From NCBI GenBank assembly GCA_002633005.1, contig NMRA01000125.1, positions 777,566 through 841,565 on the forward strand: a stretch of 64,000 nucleotides of DNA. Reading direction: 5' to 3'. The translations under genes were made by a program, and so were the position numbers. Position 1 is the stretch's first letter. Each line of letters starts with the position of its first letter. The DNA is from Phoronis australis. Taxonomy: Eukaryota > Animalia > Phoronida. This document shows positions 62,391 to 64,000 of this stretch, one piece after another. The notes under the pieces are model-generated. The model worked only from the letters and a program-made list of their open reading frames with translations. It was not told the DNA's origin and made no database searches.

Positions 62391-64000
62391 ATATTACGCT
62401 TTCCGTGTTATTGAAAATGTAAGTTACTGTGAATTCAGCGAGTTGCCAAAATGAAGTTTGGACGCCTCAAATTAAAACAAGGCCAGGTTCGACAATATTA
62501 GCACGGAGTGGGGAATGGACTATCGTTTAATGCGTTATACAAAAGTTACTTGAATGACAATAGACTATTTTGTGATTCAAAGTGGAATTTCAAAGAACTC
62601 TTTTGTTTTCAGCGGAGGTTTTTTCGATTTCAATAGAATTTTACCTGTCGTCGCCATCTCGGCAATAAGCTAAAGGTCGGGATATCGGTGTAGGCACTAG
62701 AACCCCTATGGCCTAGAGCAAAAACGCATACCCTGTCTTCCATGTTGTTAAATTTCAAATTAGATTATCCACGATTAACGATTAACAGCGCCTAATGGCA
62801 GCTTGTGCTCTTGAATTTCTTCGTAACTTAGTGTTCTTCCTGGCGTGTACCAGTACAGGGCAGGTCGGGCAGGGTTTGTTGCCTGGTTTTGACTGGTCAC
62901 TTAGATCCGCCGTTTGATCCGCTAAGAGCAACCTTGTCCTCGAAGCAAACGGGATCTACCTTCACCATACGATTGAGGTGCCTACATACCACTGAGTGGT
63001 GTAATCTGTGGTTAGGCACTGTTCGGTCATGACAACCACAATATAAAAATTCGAACTTGGGTGGTGCACATTGCGTCATGTTATGCCAAGTGCTGCGACG
63101 TGCAGAATGTGGCTGACGCTTCCTTCTTCATCCTGTGGTTAATCTGTTTATTTTTTATGATTCCCAGTAGAAATTTTAGCCTACTTATAGAAGTTTGAAA
63201 GTTGTTTTTATCTTGTTTTGACGATTTCAGTTGCCTGCTTCATACAGTTTTGCAAGACACGCGCCAGTCACTTGAGGCGAGTAATCTTCGTTTAAGGGAT
63301 ATTATCAGAAAAAATTGATTTTATGAGACCAGCCTAAGCGCGGTCTCATAAAAACCTGGGACCCCTGCGTTCGTAGCTCAATTCTCTGCCATCGGAGAAG
63401 CTAAACCTCATATATATTGTACTGTATCTGATAAGGTCACCAGCCTTTCAGCGATTGTCAAAAGCCGTAACTGTTGAATTGTAATGATAAAATCTAACAG
63501 AATGGACGGATTTCGTTTATAGCTCCGGCAAAGCCAATACCTACAAGAAATCCATCTCATTTAAGAATAACCAAACATACATTTCGGTCTTAAAACCGAT
63601 AATGTGTCATCTTTAACGACGGATACAGTGACTTGGCTACAATAATTCCACATTCTAACCATGTTGATCAATCACTTTAGCAGTGCCGGACTAAACAACG
63701 GCCAATTAAACAACTCATAGCCCCTGCATAAAATAGGCGCCCTGCGTCGTAGTTACTCGGGCGGCCTCCGAACGTGGAGCGGGATGAAAACCGTGGCCAC
63801 CAGGAGGAGCTCGATACTTGTGGTAACCGGGGGAGGGAGGCCGATCGAAAGTTGTGGCAACCGGGGAGGGAGGCCGACCGATTTTATATTGATTGATTTA
63901 TTTAACGTCAGTTGATCATAAAAGTAATCCAATGCAACTCGATGAATGTAAAAATAAATTAAAATAGGACAATTGGTGTACGGGAGACACAAAAAGTAGT

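Overview
This is AT-rich invertebrate animal genomic DNA, probably lophotrochozoan (inferred from the sNPF/PrRP-type receptor, the huckebein gene and the repeat landscape). I can support three protein-coding genes. (1) An intronless rhodopsin-class neuropeptide GPCR of the sNPF/PrRP-receptor type (5149-6306, +). (2) A 3-exon huckebein-like C2H2 zinc-finger gene (29257-25422, -) with four fingers and an eh1 motif. (3) A 5-exon gene that the ORF track shows only in fragments (51408-47111, -), assembled by hand from splice signals. Gene 3 encodes a 224-aa secreted pre-pro-protein. It has four predicted amphipathic helices, intron phases 1-0-0-0, an AUUUA-rich 3' UTR and clustered kB/GAS/CRE/AP-1-like motifs. 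That is the architecture of a long-chain class I helical (IL-6/G-CSF-like) cytokine, although I recognise no sequence homolog. The rest of the window is a patchwork of non-autonomous DNA transposons (P-like, Kolobok-like, hAT5-like, mariner-like, Crypton-like, foldback MITEs, several nested), one LINE 3' end, one tRNA-SINE head and microsatellites. All calls were made by eye, with no database searches.
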